Assembly: GCF_964204645.1 (NCBI RefSeq)
Contig: NC_134033.1
Location: 8,936,655-9,000,654 of the forward strand
Direction: 5' to 3'
Origin: Tubulanus polymorphus
Taxonomy: Eukaryota; Animalia; Nemertea
Length of the DNA: 64,000 nt
In this document: positions 49,904-63,980 of the stretch, piece by piece
Position numbering within the stretch: the first letter of the stretch is position 1
How the letters are laid out: each line of letters begins with the position of its first letter
Program-made: the position numbers and the translations under genes
The notes under the pieces: generated by a model
Seen by the model: only the letters and a program-made list of their open reading frames with translations
What the model was told of the DNA's origin: nothing
Database searches by the model: none

Positions 49904-52879
49904 TCTCCATCAAATCACACTGATTGGGCAAACCAAAATTACTGAAATTTTAAATACTGATCTGAATTGGCTGGAAATTTGGAATGAAGTTTATAATAAA
50001 CATATTGATGGATGATTTAGTGATATTCATTGGAAATTACTACATAATACTCTTGCTACAGCTTCAAAATTAGTACTTTGGAAAATTAAACTGATCCAAA
50101 TTGTAAAGTTTGTGGACGCGCGGCTACAAATGACCACGTAGTATATTCATGGACAGTAGCACAGCAATTATATTCACGTATACAGCCAATCTTTCAACGC
50201 ATACTAAATGCACCTATAAATATCACTCAAGACATCGTCTAACAGGAATTACTAACACAATAGAAAAATATTTTTTCAAACGCACACTCCCAAACTATCA
50301 TTTATTTCTCACACAATCCATTTTGTACTAAAATCATTACAATCTAGAACAAGGCTCTGGACATATCAACACTATAATTTATTTCAAAAACTCACTAATA
50401 GATCGGCCTAAACCAAGAAATCATGCTTCAACAAAACCTTCATATTTGGAGTCTTAACAATGTACTTACACATCTGGATGCAAGCGGACTGAGTGCAGTA
50501 AACAGAACCACAATCGATACCATTAGCGTAGTCTATTAATTAATCCCAACGCCATCTTCTTTTATTAGTTACACCTACATACCCTGACTTTGACACTTGA
50601 GGTATGTTCTGATTTCTATCGAATCAGAATGACGGTCTATCAATACGCATAGAACTGTCAGACCACTTTTGTTTTATATCACCACATACGCATTAGTTTA
50701 CTGTTTCTGATGTTTTGAATGTAAACTCAGTCTCATTGCCGCGATAGCTGGAAAGCTGCCTCCGTTTTTGGCTTCAGGATAGCAAGCTCAGTCTATCTGC
50801 GCGCAATGGTGAGTGGAAAGTTGCCTCTTAACATCAGTCTCATTAAAAACTACCAAAAACCTAATCGTGACATTGTAAATAAAACTCGATGAAGACTGTA
50901 TATACGTTAGTGTACAAATATGCATTCAATATTCACGTGCCTGTGCCACTTTCGTACTGACGGTCTATCAATGCACAAAAAACTGTCCGTTTGATTGCGA
51001 CGCATCCACGGACCTAACTATGCACTGCATATTAGAAACACAAAACTGCTCCCCATGTAAAAACCTTTACTTAGGCAAACTCAGCACCAGATGTGAAGTA
51101 CCGATTGCGCACCCCTTGACGGAGAAACCCATCCTCATCGGAGCTGCACCGTCGATGTCATAAGCTACACTTCGGATACCACGGACCATACTCTCATCTG
51201 GAAAATTTGTGTTTCGAAATGTGCTTCCTTTCTATCTAGTCAACACGCGGGACAATCAACTTAGAGGACTTTCTACATCAACATCTACCCGAGAAAAAAA
51301 CTACAATAAACTATCGGACTATTTACACGTGGAAAACGACCAAAAAATATAAAATGGACCGAATGATCTTCAACCTTCAACCTGTAATATAGCTATTTCC
51401 AAAATTTCGATGTTTTAAATAAGCCAGCCAGAAAAATTCACCCCAATCAGTTGCTTGCAAGTTCAGACCATGGTTGGAAGATTTTTTGAATGAACCGGAA
51501 CCGAATTTCCCAATTATGTGCTTCGATTTAAACAAAAAAAATGGAAACTCGACCGCCCATCACACAACTATATCTCTACGATTTCCGATTTCAAAATCAA
51601 ACCCCCTATTTCGCTCCCGGCAGGTGTGGTGGGTCTGTAAGGGACACTTAATAAAAAAATCAAACGAAATTTACCAACCAAATAAATAACAGGGACAATC
51701 CCTATTTTAAGATTTTAAAAAAGCTACAGTCAAACCAGCATAACCCTTTTGGTGTATGATGAGATGGGCTCGTCATATAACTGACATCTGATGTGCATAC
51801 GATAAGCTCAACTTGTCGACCGACTAATCGTCACCAGCGATAAGATCGCTCAGTATCTAGAATGCTAGATATTCGGCGAAAACATCGCCGATAATCGGCA
51901 GCAAATTGTCTAGTGGGCGGCTACTAGCGACGCATTGCTTCGAATCCAATTAAAAACAGTCAATCCAATTAAAAACAGCAAATCAGCGCCAAAAAAGAAA
52001 TCATGTACATTCACGGCCTATCCTAGCTTGCCAGGGTTAGATTGCCACCCGTCGGGGCGCTCACGTCAACACAAACCCGGGCCACAACTCTTCATAACAA
52101 TATTACATAGCCCAAGATTTCTTGGGCAGACAGGTTAACGCTCAATGCCCACCAGTCTATATATCTAGCCAAACAGATGCATTGTTTTTTCCGGCAGGTT
52201 TGTTCTATATGAGTACCACGCATCTGATTGGTCGACTGAAATATAGACTCTGGTAGATGCTGTCCGGCCAAGAAATTGGCAATGTAACAGACCATATGGA
52301 GGGTTTGCAGCCAGGGTTTGTGTTTGCATGATTACGCGATTACAATTTGTGCCACCAAGAGCTAACAGGTAGTTACTCTCAGGATCATTCTATAAGGATC
52401 AACACAGTTGACTCTAAAATGCAGAAGCTTTTGCGGAAAAATTTATGTTAAAGATCGAATGCAGCCTAAATCAATGTCAGATGTTAGTTTTCATAGATTG
52501 TTTCGCTAATACTTATGCTAACTTGTTTGCACCGAAAAATTTGGCATAGCATTTTTAGACTCAATTGAAAGTTATTACTTTCTCTGAGCGCAGCAAGCTT
52601 TATCCTATGAGAGTAGCTTGTACTCAACATAGGTAGATGGCATTGCACTGATATCATTGGGAGGGCTACTTTTGGTGGATGGAAAATTAACCATCACCGC
52701 ATTTACTTGCGCATATTAATTTTTATCCCCTGGAAGCTTCATCTCAATGCAGTAAATTTTCTATAAAGCAACATCATTCATTGCTTGGAAATTGCACAAA
52801 AAAGCAGTAGATTTTCAAAATGTTCTTGGGGATTTTCTGTCATGAAATATGCCCATTTTTATAAGTTGTACTACCCTAA

Positions 52880-53442
52880 ACAGGGGTCCCTGTCCCCACT
52901 TATGGTCCACATTGCAAGAAATTGGTCTGTAAAACAGACAAATTAGCAAAATTTCCTGAGCCCCTTATTTTTGCTTCACGCCCGCGGCGATCGTAATGTC
53001 TGGCCCACCACTAACACCCCCTGAAAAATCCTGTGTCCGGGCCTTCTACTTGTGCACCAAGTTTGAAAAAAATTTCTCGAGTAATTAAGAGCTATCGCAC
53101 CAACGCTCTTTTCCAATGCGGCCCCCTGATGGCCAAAATTTAAACTTAAGCAACCTGAATTTAAAAAGGAATGTACATTGACCTCGGACCATTTCCTACC
53201 TGTGTACCAAGTTTGAGAAAAAATATCTCAAGAAATAAAAGGTCTATTGCGCTAACATCATTTTCAAATGCGGCCTCCTGTTCAAACTTCAGCAACCTTA
53301 TTTCATGTTCAACAAAATTTGGCAAATTTTGAAAGTAGGTGAATGACTTCAGTAGTTATAGATGTTTATAATCATGTGGCAGCGGCAGACGGACATGTCA
53401 AAATCTATATGCCCAGACTAACATCCAGTGGGGGCATAAAAA
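52880..53442 (-). mobile_element. Degenerate HINE-like element (family D)
   Basis: Ends in ...GGGGGCATAAAAA with a GACG-type remnant and ~160-bp internal repeats. The left boundary is approximate. Confidence 0.45.
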
Positions 53443-54684
53443 TCAATGGAAAGTATGCCACAGTCAACTGCAGATTTCTCAATTGCCTACGCATTTCAAA
53501 TTTGATTTGGAGATTTGTTTTTACACAAGGATTCACTTAAACATATCAACATAATTAGAAAAGACCGAACGCTTCCTTGATAAACACAGCACTTTTCCCC
53601 TTAACAAAGATTACAGCTAAAATCGATATCAAAGTATCATTAGTCATTGGATGATTTGAAAATCAACCTAGACAATTTGAGAACAAAGCCTAAAAGTTCT
53701 CAATCACACAAACAAATTTTTCCTTTCGTTCTTCCAGTGAAAATTACAGCAGTATTTACAGGGCACTTAGTAAATACATTTAAGAACCTAATCATTATTC
53801 CATGAGACGAAGAAACCATAAATTTCACATGCACATAATAATGAAAAAGTTCCATAAGCCGATGTCGGAGATTGTGGGTTTTATTACAAAGTATGTCATC
53901 AATGAAATAATGAAGGCTGTCAAAAAAAGAACAGCACAAAACTATTTACCTAAATACCGAACAAGCCTTTGTCAGTGTGAATTGAAATTTATATACCACC
54001 ACTGAAACATTCAAACAAGTTTTTGTTTACGATACAGCACCCGGCGTTACCCATGAATTGAATAAAAAAGCTTTCTACTCAGAACCCAGTAAAAAGTCTC
54101 TTACCGAAAAAATCCCTGTGAGCAGTATTCAGAAACACCAGTCTAGTTGAAAACTGAAGAGTTTAGTTGTACATAAGTTGTAAGTAGAAGATTTGTTAAG
54201 AATTTTCACATGCAGGTTTAATCTTAATGTGGGAAAATGTGTGTTCATAAATTTACAGAGATTGGGTTCAGTAGTACAAATAGTAGTACAAAGTAGTACA
54301 AACCAGGCTAAATCCATTTTGGTGTTTTAACTGATTCAACGAAATTAAGACTAGCCTTAAACATAGGTAACGATCGATAACGCAGGCGTCCTAACGAATA
54401 AAAGGATGAACAAATTTGTTGGGCAGGGTTCGAATTTCACGATAGCAATTGACAGCTTTTGGAAAAGATGAATTAGTTGTATAATATGATAACAATTTAA
54501 TTACAATAGCTGTTGATTTGTTTGTACAGACGGCTACCAAATACTGTCCATTAAATTTCATTGACATTGACAATTTCAATCACCGACACCAGATTTTTTC
54601 GGATCAAAATTCTGTAACTAAAAGTTCGTCACTAAATAGAAAGTTCCAGTGGCTGATGCTAGCACAAAACTCTATTTCCTATGG

Positions 54685-54854
54685 AACGCGATAAATGAAA
54701 AAAATATGAGCGCTGCAGAGACTTATGTTTTTTGCAACGTTATAGCGTCCCGACATAAGAATCTATATTTCGACAGTGACGTAATACTTATATGCATAGG
54801 CGACGATGTAAGTTTTTGCATAAGCAGCGCTCATATTTTTTCATTTATCGCGTT
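54685..54854. repeat. Inverted repeat (MITE-like core)
   Basis: AACGCGATAAATGAAAAAAATATGAGCGCTGC / GCAGCGCTCATATTTTTTCATTTATCGCGTT. Confidence 0.75.
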
Positions 54855-55760
54855 TCACAATTTCTGTACAGTGCTGCCACCTAACAAAGAGAACTTTATC
54901 TGCTATGAACCTGAAATTTGATCTGAATTATAAAACTTCCAATACATGAAGGCCCTATATTCATTCCTTAAGTAGTTTCTAACTTAATTGTTACACGTAT
55001 TCATCAATTGAATTAATTTCAATCACATGTGATTATGAATTATGACCCAACTCTAATAATTCGATTTTTAATGTTTAACTTTGACAAATTTTATTGACAA
55101 TATTATGATTGATATGAAGTCATGTAACCAAATAACATTGAATCTCATATATGATTAGTTTTCAATGTTCATAGAACACATCACCAGGTATTGTTTTCAA
55201 AATGGGCACTTTTGACTAGACTTGCTGTGGATCACTTCCGCCATCCATAACAAGTCTAAAAGTAACTTATAAGGTTTTGGGATATAGGCACTTTGGAAGC
55301 AATGTTTTATTGCTGCGGCCAAAAGCCGATTTTGGACAGATTCTTAATATTGTAATGGCGAATTGACTTAATTTCTTCAAAAACGTGGTATTCAAAGAAA
55401 AAAAAAACGTCATTCAGTACATTATTGCCGCGGCTTTACTAAATAGTATAAATTAGTCCTAAAAAGTAGTAGTGAATAAGGTATAAAAATGGTTCAAGTT
55501 AAGTGTCTGTAAGCAGCCACATTATCTAACATCTTCCAACATTAAATTGCAGAGTATGATTCATTAAAGTTGATTTAAAAGCCTTATTATATCATGTGTT
55601 GTACAGGACAAGTGTTGTACAGGACAAAATTATTTAGCAGTTAGCGGATACCCCATGGTAACCATGATGATTTTGACTATCAGAATTGTAAGATATACTC
55701 ATATACTAAGAAGAAATTAGATTCATTAAGCAAATGGGTCACTTTTATCTCTGGAAATTT

Positions 55761-57533
55761 AAATAAATTGCCCATGGGCAAAGTGTGGTTTACCATGAAA
55801 GCTAGAGGTTGTTTGGAGTAAGGGGCATTGCTTGAAAAATCTTTTTAATTCGAGACTTCAAAGTTCTAGAAGTTTATAGTGTATCTTATCTTTCTTAAAG
55901 AATTATTTTGTAGTCAAATAAGACCAAAGATAAACATTTGTTTATGATCTACGTCCAAAATTTCGTAGGGTAAAGGTAGGAGCGGCATTGGAAACTATTT
56001 TATATTTTCAAAAAAACATTTTTCACAATATGAAAAAATATTCAAATAAAATTCATATGTCACATATCAGAGGGTGGCTGAATATTGAGTCTTGGAAACG
56101 AAACCTCTTCCAATGTGTGGCCGCGGAACACCGGGGCTTAGTATTAGATCGTTTTAAATCCTGGAATTTACCACTAAAACACCGGGGCGTAGCATTAGAT
56201 CGTTTTAAATCCTGGAATTTACCACTACAATCAGACCTCGACCTATACCTATAGGTTGCTGCTTAGTATTTTCAGGTCACAAGAAATTACAATTTATTAC
56301 AAATTCTATCAAACAAAACACAGCGCTCATCTGCTACGACGATTATTCAGCCTGTTATCATACCAAAAGTGCACGCGCCAAGCAGTGTTACAGCATCACC
56401 ATATAGTAGTCTGTATGAGTGTGTGTTTGCGTGTGCTACGAGCAATAATGCTTGTAGGTGTGTGCATCAGTCTAATGTTAGCGCTCCCGGGCACGTGGAG
56501 GCTTTGTGTAGTGAACGTTCGCTTCACTTCAATCTCAATCAACACAATCACCGGGTATTAAAATGAAACAATACCTATGGCGATATGTGAAATAATCATA
56601 TTCTCACCAGCAATGAGCATTTAAATTCTCACATACATGGCACCCAGGAAGAAAGACACTCAATATTTGGATGGATATATAAAAGCTGTGGGTACTGGAG
56701 TGTGTAATGGGTAGTGTAGTGTGATCTGTGTGCATTTGTGGCCAGCACACAGATCACATTGTTCAATGGGGTTTGGTCCAGGACTCGCGAGATTTTCAAC
56801 AACACGGAAGTAACGTGTAATAAATGAAATTGCATGACTACCTACCACCCCTCGTTATATTTGGAAAACTAAACGTTGGCACTGACTAAAAATTAGTAAT
56901 TACATTTTAGAAATGGCCAGAATTTTAACTTAGGTTCTATCTCATTTTTATTTTACAATTGCGATTCGTATAATTTTTCTATAAACGGCCGTTAAGGCTT
57001 CATGTTTCGTCTGCAATTCACTGCAAATAGTTACGCAACTATGCACATTTCAGTGTTTTTGGCAGCTGAACACTCAATCGCACTCGAAAATTGAGAGAGT
57101 GGCCATGTTTGTGCTTGCCGCTTCGCGTAAATCCCGCGCGGTGGCGCAACCGCGCGGAGTGGGGCCGATACGTCTAGTCCATTATGAAACGTTCGCCATT
57201 AATGGCTTTCCCATAATTATTTTAGTAGCCCAGGAATTCCCCGTATATCCCAAAAACAGCCAATCACATTTGCTCGTAGAGACGCCCCCAATTGAGGTCA
57301 TTGCATTTTATACGCAAGAGCTTAGAATTTTCCCGCCAAAAACAGTTTTTCGTCGAATCTAAACAAAGTTGACCATGTCATCGATGGAGGTTCGTCATGT
57401 CTTCAATCGCATTGATTATAAATTGTTTAACCCGAGAACCAATGAAAAAAATGCTCACATAAAAAACGTACCGCGATTTTACATGAATTGGCTCGATGCC
57501 AACCTCATACTGCTGAGAAAGGTAAACCAAAAA
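55761..57533 (-). mobile_element. HINE family B, copy 4, carrying a nested insertion
   Basis: Both termini are present. Insertion at 56644-57177. Confidence 0.85.
56644..57177. mobile_element. CCAG...CTAG-bounded element (copy 2, with a ~130-bp internal deletion)
   Basis: Homologous to 3631-4300. The empty site GGCACCTAGTCC is seen in HINE B copies near 15655 and 45935. Confidence 0.8.
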
Positions 57534-59594
57534 GGTAGTTCTTGATATATTTAGTCATTAGACACATATAGATATTATATAAAATAACATTGAAACTTCA
57601 TTCAATTCCAATCATAAAGGCCCTAACCCTATAGTGCCCAGTGACGCATTTCACAAGTATTTTTCAGGATATGACTTTGGTAGGAGAAATTTCACATTTC
57701 TGATTGCATAGAGAACTTAACATGTTTAGAATCCTGACATATAGGGCATTTGTTAATATTTGACACCTTAATTGGCTGTCTATAGCAAATTTAATTTTTC
57801 ACAAATCTAGGGTACTTTCAGGAGAATCGCCCCTGTCAGCTTTTCATAAAATGGCAAATGATGCATTCTGTGGGTTGAATTTTTCCAAATACACTCCCAG
57901 CTCGATAGACTAGTCAATCCCAGGCTAATAATTTACAGAATTCAATCATGCTTTCATAAGTAGCACAGACAGCGACTGGAGCTGGCAGGAACAAATACCT
58001 CAGATAAATCTTTTCCCTTGGTCTTATTGATTTGAATGCGGAATAGAATTGAATTTTCTGAAATTTGCTCAATAAAACAAAATTGAATTGGATTTGCTGT
58101 TTAACCTTGTTCAATAAAGTAAAATTGAATTGGATTTGGTTTTTTTTTCAGAATAAAATTTGATTGAATTTGCAGTTTGAGCACATGGCTAATTAGCATA
58201 TAAAGGTCATCCATCCAATTGAGAAAAAGCTATTTTTCCGGACTTTGCACAATTGCCAATGATATTTTCTGTAGTGCAAATAAAAATATTCCTCTCAAAA
58301 ACCAAATCAACTAAAGATTTCACAGAAATTGATATTGAAATACCATTTTAGATCTTAAAATAAAACCCGGAAGTAAAACAGTAGACGATGCCGCGAGTTC
58401 ACGTGAACACCTGCTGATCTCTGCGGCTAAGCCAATCATAGAGGAGTCTTTGCTTTCCGATTGGCTTTTTAAAACAGATATTTTTCCGATCAGATTTTCG
58501 CGAAACAAAGCTCATATAAATTTTAACGAGGCCCCTCTTCAAAATTCCGCTTCATAGGGGTTGGAGAATGGATAATGCTCTAATGAATGATTTGTATGAA
58601 TATATGCTCAGTTGCACAGTCAAAGAGCCTTTACTCTGGAAACCATGTCATTTAAATTCGCTCCATTTGTATAGTAATAGGCTCAGCCTACAGCTCGCCT
58701 AAAAATTCTCTCTGAAAATGTGAGTCACCAGTGATCTTGTACCATGTAGCGAAGCTGTGGTATGAAAGTCACTGGTGACTGTGTACCATGTAACGAAAGG
58801 GTTTATGTAAAACGATTATTGTTTTATCCTATCTAAAATCATTCTTTTGAGCGTGCTGATCACACAGAGTACATCTGTTTTAATTGATTTGAAAATTCTT
58901 AGAATTTAAAATAGATTTCTGTGTCCAGACTATGATAAACTAGTGATCAAAAATTACCTTAACAAATAACAGGGATTCTTAGTATAAATTTCCGAGTAAA
59001 ATACTCAAAGCTACATCTTAGAGGCCAAGTGATAACTATCCGTTTCAAACAGGTGTGTGAATGAGCACTGACTTTATCCGCTCTAAATTTGGCTTGTTTC
59101 AGGTACAGACCGATTTATAAGTCTAACTAGCAGTACTACGAACGTGGCTAGTATCAGCATACATAACCAAAACAGGCTTACTGAGCACCAAATCATGTGT
59201 GAACCCAACTAGATCTGTAAACGCTATATTAAACGCAAACAGTAAATGTACTTCCCAAGCCCAGAATCTCATTTGAATGCTTATGTCTCTATGGTGTATT
59301 CATGTCTGATGCTTTCAAGCATCTATTTTGTTGACCAAGATGTTTAAGTGAGGATAAGAATATCTTCTTATCTTTACAGATGGCTGGAAGGTTGAATTTG
59401 ACTAAATTGGCAACAAAGGTCAGCTTTGCGAGTAAGTTTCATTATAAGGTTTAAGTAGAGATAGGACTTTGATGTTGTGGCTTAGAGGCTAGCCAGCTGT
59501 GACACGATGGATACTGACAAAACTAAGCAGAAATGCGATCATAGCCCAGTACGGAAGCGTCCTGGGGACATATCTAAGTTAAATAAGAGTTAAA

Positions 59595-59795
59595 TATGAT
59601 TTTTGGAGGTTTATTCCGAGTTACAAACTCGTTTTCTCAGTTGAATGTGATTTTTGAGGTTAATTCCGAGATTGTAACTCGGAATAAACTAGATTTCTCT
59701 GATGCGATTTTTGGAGGTTTATTCCGAGTTTGTTACTCATTGGAATAAACCTCCAAAAATCGCATTTAATTGAGAAAACAAGTTTATTCCGAGTA
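59595..59795. repeat. Cluster of direct and inverted TTATTCCGAG-containing modules
   Basis: gatttttggaggtttattccgag occurs three times and ggaataaacctccaaaaatc occurs inverted. Confidence 0.7.
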
Positions 59796-59819
59796 AAAAA
59801 CTATGTTTAGAGAGAAACT

Positions 59820-60605
59820 TTACAATAGATTGTGGTAACAAAATATGCATACGTAGGTACCGATATAAATAGATAAATTATATATTATTCAATATTTAAC
59901 TCCCCCTGGTGGCAAGAACTAAGAATTAGGTGATTCCAATTCCAAGTGAGATGTATCTTACCACAGTGCTCATGACCATCAAATATCATGACTATAAGTT
60001 AAAACCTCATGATATTTTCCTCAAAAAACTTTTTTTCCACCTAGGAATGAATACTGATGACACTAAGATGGCCGCCAATTGCGTGGTAATAAGCTGATCA
60101 AAAAATTGTTTGCATGTTTTAAAATGCCCTTTCCACAGAATACCCATCACAAATTTCAATGACAAAAATCAGTAGGAAGCTACAGGAGTCCGAAGTCAGG
60201 CCAAAATTGACATTTTTTGGTGCAAAAAAGGACACAGGGCGGCCATCTGGAGTCCGATCACCCCAATTTTTCTCATGCCCATGAGCCCATGGGGCATACT
60301 AATATATACGAAAGATCAAGATAATTGATCAAAGTGTCTTGAAAATTTCTCTCGAAAACTTGAAAAATCTGTAAAAAGTGCTGATTTTGGCAAACAACAA
60401 TGGCTGCCCATTGGCCATCTTGATTCTGACTGGACAAGTTTTTGGGCTGAAAATGTGTCTAGGGTAGATACATGTGTAAACCAAATACGAAGGCATTACA
60501 TTCAAGCCTCTTTAAAACTTCCCAAAATAACTGGATTGCGTCTACGCATGGACGAAAAGTGAACGCAATAGGCTGCTGGGACTTAAGTCCCAAGTGGGCT
60601 AAAAA
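59820..60605 (-). mobile_element. HINE family A, copy 5 (older, truncated)
   Basis: Ends in ...gggacttaagtcccaagtgggctaaaaa. Confidence 0.8.
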
Positions 60606-61184
60606 TTAAGGCTGCTGGTCCATTTATTCAGTGCGCAGCAGTGTTTAGCTCATGCGCAATTGATTTTTTCAACTGCTGGGAAATCCCTTGATATCTATAC
60701 TATTGGGGCGTGCACCGTAAACTGTTTATAAATAATAATTATTCTATTAAGGTATCAGTACTCTAGTTTGAGTGACATGAAGTTTAGTCTGACTGACTGT
60801 TTATGTAATTATTGATATGCGGTTAATCAATTGTTCATAGGGGTGCTTGACTTTTACAAGGGCACTTTTCTTTTCTAGGGGCGACCGGCCCCTCAAAAAC
60901 CCCACATGGAGAACATTGCTACTTTGGGGATACTTAGGGTAACCAAGTATGTCTATCATGGACCTGGAAAGTATTTTCTGATTAAGATACTTACTGTATA
61001 TCTGATGATAGGGGTAAATATGATCCACAGCAATGCATACCACAAATTGACATCGGACCATTCAACATAAATATATGGAATCCAAACCTGTAACAAGAAC
61101 CAAAATTCTTAACAAAAACATGGATTTCCCTAAATTAACATGATGGTGGATGTTTAATCCAGTAGGCCTATCAAAATTAAACAT

Positions 61185-61298
61185 CAGGACCCAGTTCCAC
61201 AGTCGTGAGTTAGGGTTAACCCTGAGTTAAAGTTAGTTCATTTTCAATGAGTTAACCCAGAGTCAAATCTTAACTCAGAATTGTGGAACTGGGCCCTG
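61185..61298. mobile_element. ~114-bp hairpin MITE (Harbinger-like)
   Basis: CAGGACCCAGTTCCACA / TGTGGAACTGGGCCCTG with internal GAGTTAA repeats. No exact TSD. Confidence 0.6.
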
Positions 61299-62462
61299 TA
61301 CATGTACACTAGAGTTTAAGCATTTAAAATTCATAAAGATTTCATTATAGGCCTACTCCTTATTCTTAAGATTTAGAATATGCGCGCTTGTCATTAATGT
61401 TTACCACGGCGGTGAGCAGTTGCCATATAGAATCATTTGCAGTTTCCTGGAAAACAGCAGGCCCTAGGCCTATCGATCAGAGTCATTCTTAAAGTTTGTC
61501 TAAGACTCATTTGAAATCAAGTAAGGTAGACTATGAATTGTCACAGAGTGAAAATCACCACGGCACTGTACTACTTTGCTTAATCTAAAATTTTGATCAT
61601 ATTTCCTATATGTCGCATCCCAGGGACCTGCCACATACTGGTACTTGCCAATGAGGCCAAGACAACGTAGGGGCGGGGATAGTTCAATTGATTTGAGTGA
61701 ATTCTGAATGGCAGAGTGAACAGCATTTTTAGGAGCATAAATACCATTGAAAAATTTGATTATATATGGCAGATAATAGGTGTAGCAGCACATAATGTGA
61801 AATCTATTTCCAACAAACCGGGTTAAGACAATAGATTTATTGGAGTCCTGTTCAAGAACAAGAAAATTAAATATTTCGTTACAAAATTGTCAAGTTAAGA
61901 CCTAGCCAGTTACAATACTAGGTTTTTGCTAAACTTATTTACCCAGTAGCCAGTTATTGAAACAATATGATTTTGTAGTTGAAACTTTTTTTCTGAGGAT
62001 TGACTTTCCATCATACATGGTACATACCTACATGTACATGTACACACATGGCTTGGGCTTTTTCAGTATGATTTCCTGATGTTTGCTTTCCGAGTGATGC
62101 TAGTTCATAGCCTATTTGAGGCTCTTAGGTTCTTTGTCTTTTTTTCAAATAGATTAGATGGCCAACTTGCTCATAGATGAAAGGCAAAGGGTGTTTGATG
62201 ACGTTGATGTAGTGCCTTGAGTAGTTGTACTCGTAGTGCATATACGATGCCTCATACGCCATCTATACATTAAAGGTCATATATTTAACTTATAGTTATA
62301 ACTCGGATTTCACAGTAATAATCAACCTATAGTATAGGCTATGCATTATTGAGTGAGGACGTTTTGACTGACGAAAGTGAGGACGTTTTGATCCGACACC
62401 GTAAAAACGCCTCAAGCCTATCGCCAAACCCCGGCCTGTGTGTGGTTTACAGCACCCAGACG

Positions 62463-62658
62463 GGTAAAAGTGCAGATCCGCACCTCTCCGCGTAAACGGT
62501 TCAATCAATTACGTTAAAATCATTGTTTGAGATTCAAAATGTCGTCAGCAATTCAGTACATTTCCATTGGTTAATTTTGTTCAGTAGAAAGATTTTAGCC
62601 TGGATTCTGTCACTCTGCAGATTATCAATCACGAGAGGTGCGGATCTGCACTTTCGCC
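62463..62658. mobile_element. 196-bp MITE with an 8-bp TSD and GG...CC ends (Merlin- or MULE-type)
   Basis: TSD CCCAGACG (62455-62462, 62659-62666). 26-bp TIR GG..AAAGTGCAGATCCGCACCTCTC. Confidence 0.8.
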
Positions 62659-63800
62659 CCCAGACGACCATCATTGCATGGCTTACCTTGCTAAAGTCCA
62701 TTCTTTCATAAACCTCGCAGCAGCCTTTTTTTGGGCTGTCCATTCAATGGGTCTAATTTGAATTTTTGTAGCATGAAAATGAAGAGGACAGATACAGATA
62801 TAGTAGGCTAGTACCTAGCCGTCGTTCTATCTACTAACAAACGGTTGTAGGGAACCGGTAACAACGACTGGTATTGAGACTACAGATATAGATTTTCCAG
62901 ATCAATGGACTGACATGGACCGCCGTGTACGCGTGGTTTGGCGCCATGCATGTTGTTTACCAATGTTGCGTCAGTTTTCAATCCCTTACACTCATTTTCG
63001 ATTAACGTTCTTATTTATAGCCTTGTACCTTAACACTATGATTCCTAATTTATTTCTATACTTATAATGCTACCATTTCATAAGTAAAGATGTCTAAACT
63101 GGACATTTAGCGGCAGTGTGGAAGGCCCATTTCGATAGTACATATATTCGTTGCCAAGAAACAACATGGCGCCCGCGTCGCTAAATCAGTGAATATTCGA
63201 ATCGAAACATCAAAATAAAAGAAAATCTAAGGCCGAGATTTGAAATTGAAAATTCCTGAAGACTTGTAGAGAAATTGATGCAAAATCTCACCCATCATAC
63301 CGATTTAGATAGATAGGTCTAGAGAGATTCGTTCGTAACAATGAGTAGCAAATTGACCGTGAAACAGTCGAAAAAAGATCGACCAAAATCTTCAGGTAGG
63401 CCACGTACCCACAGCACACACGCACACAACATAGGGGCTTGTAAACTGGCTTGGATTTTATTTCCGTGTTGTTGATTATTTCGCAAGAATGCTGCTAAAT
63501 TTGAACTGCAAATGAATTCAAAATACCTTGGCGTTGACATTGTTTTTTAGGTCCTAACATCTACTAAAAATAAATAAAGTTCTGGTAAAAAATTGGACCT
63601 TAAACTTAAAGGTCTTCAGGCAGTCGCAACGCCTTACTATATGAAAATAGCAAGGTATGAAACAGCTTTGCTTTTGCCAATGACCGTATTGATGCAGTGA
63701 AACCGGTGTGCATGAGCAGCAATTTTCCGAGCCATGAGCTGTCAACCAAAGAACATAGGGGGCGGATCTAGAGAGTGAATTGGGTGGCTAACCACCCGTC

Positions 63801-63980
63801 TAGTCTGAATACCGGTTGTTGTTACCGGTTCCCTACAACGTCTGACGCTAAAGTATCATATAGAGGTTAACTCTATTCAGATGATTTTAAAGTTTTCCGC
63901 CCCGCTATTAGTCTGAATACCAGTCGTTGTTACGGTTCCGTACAACGTCTGACGCTAAAGTATCATATAGAGGTTAACTC
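63801..63980. repeat. Two tandem copies (108-bp period) of a TAGTCT-terminated transposon end; an inverted copy lies at 62844-62882
   Basis: TAGTCTGAATACC.GT.GTTGTTACCGGTTCCCTACAAC matches the reverse complement of GTTGTAGGGAACCGGTAACAACGACTGGTATTGAGACTA. Confidence 0.65.

Larger units (their letters stand above)
44852..51722 (+). mobile_element. Fragmented Tx1/L1-clade LINE relic with multiple nested insertions
   Basis: ORF1 knuckle YNGQPEHCVICGQFNHTWVEC (~45015-45085). APE start LNCNGL...IILLQETH (46713). W...LSLHGK.VVINS.ILP (48340-48430). C-terminal W..IW...WKLLHN.L.T...C..CG (49960-50140). 3' end at 51655-51722. Confidence 0.75.

Noticed and set aside
53700-54580. Short ORFs as a gene or transposase relic
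   Set aside because: No motif that I could identify.
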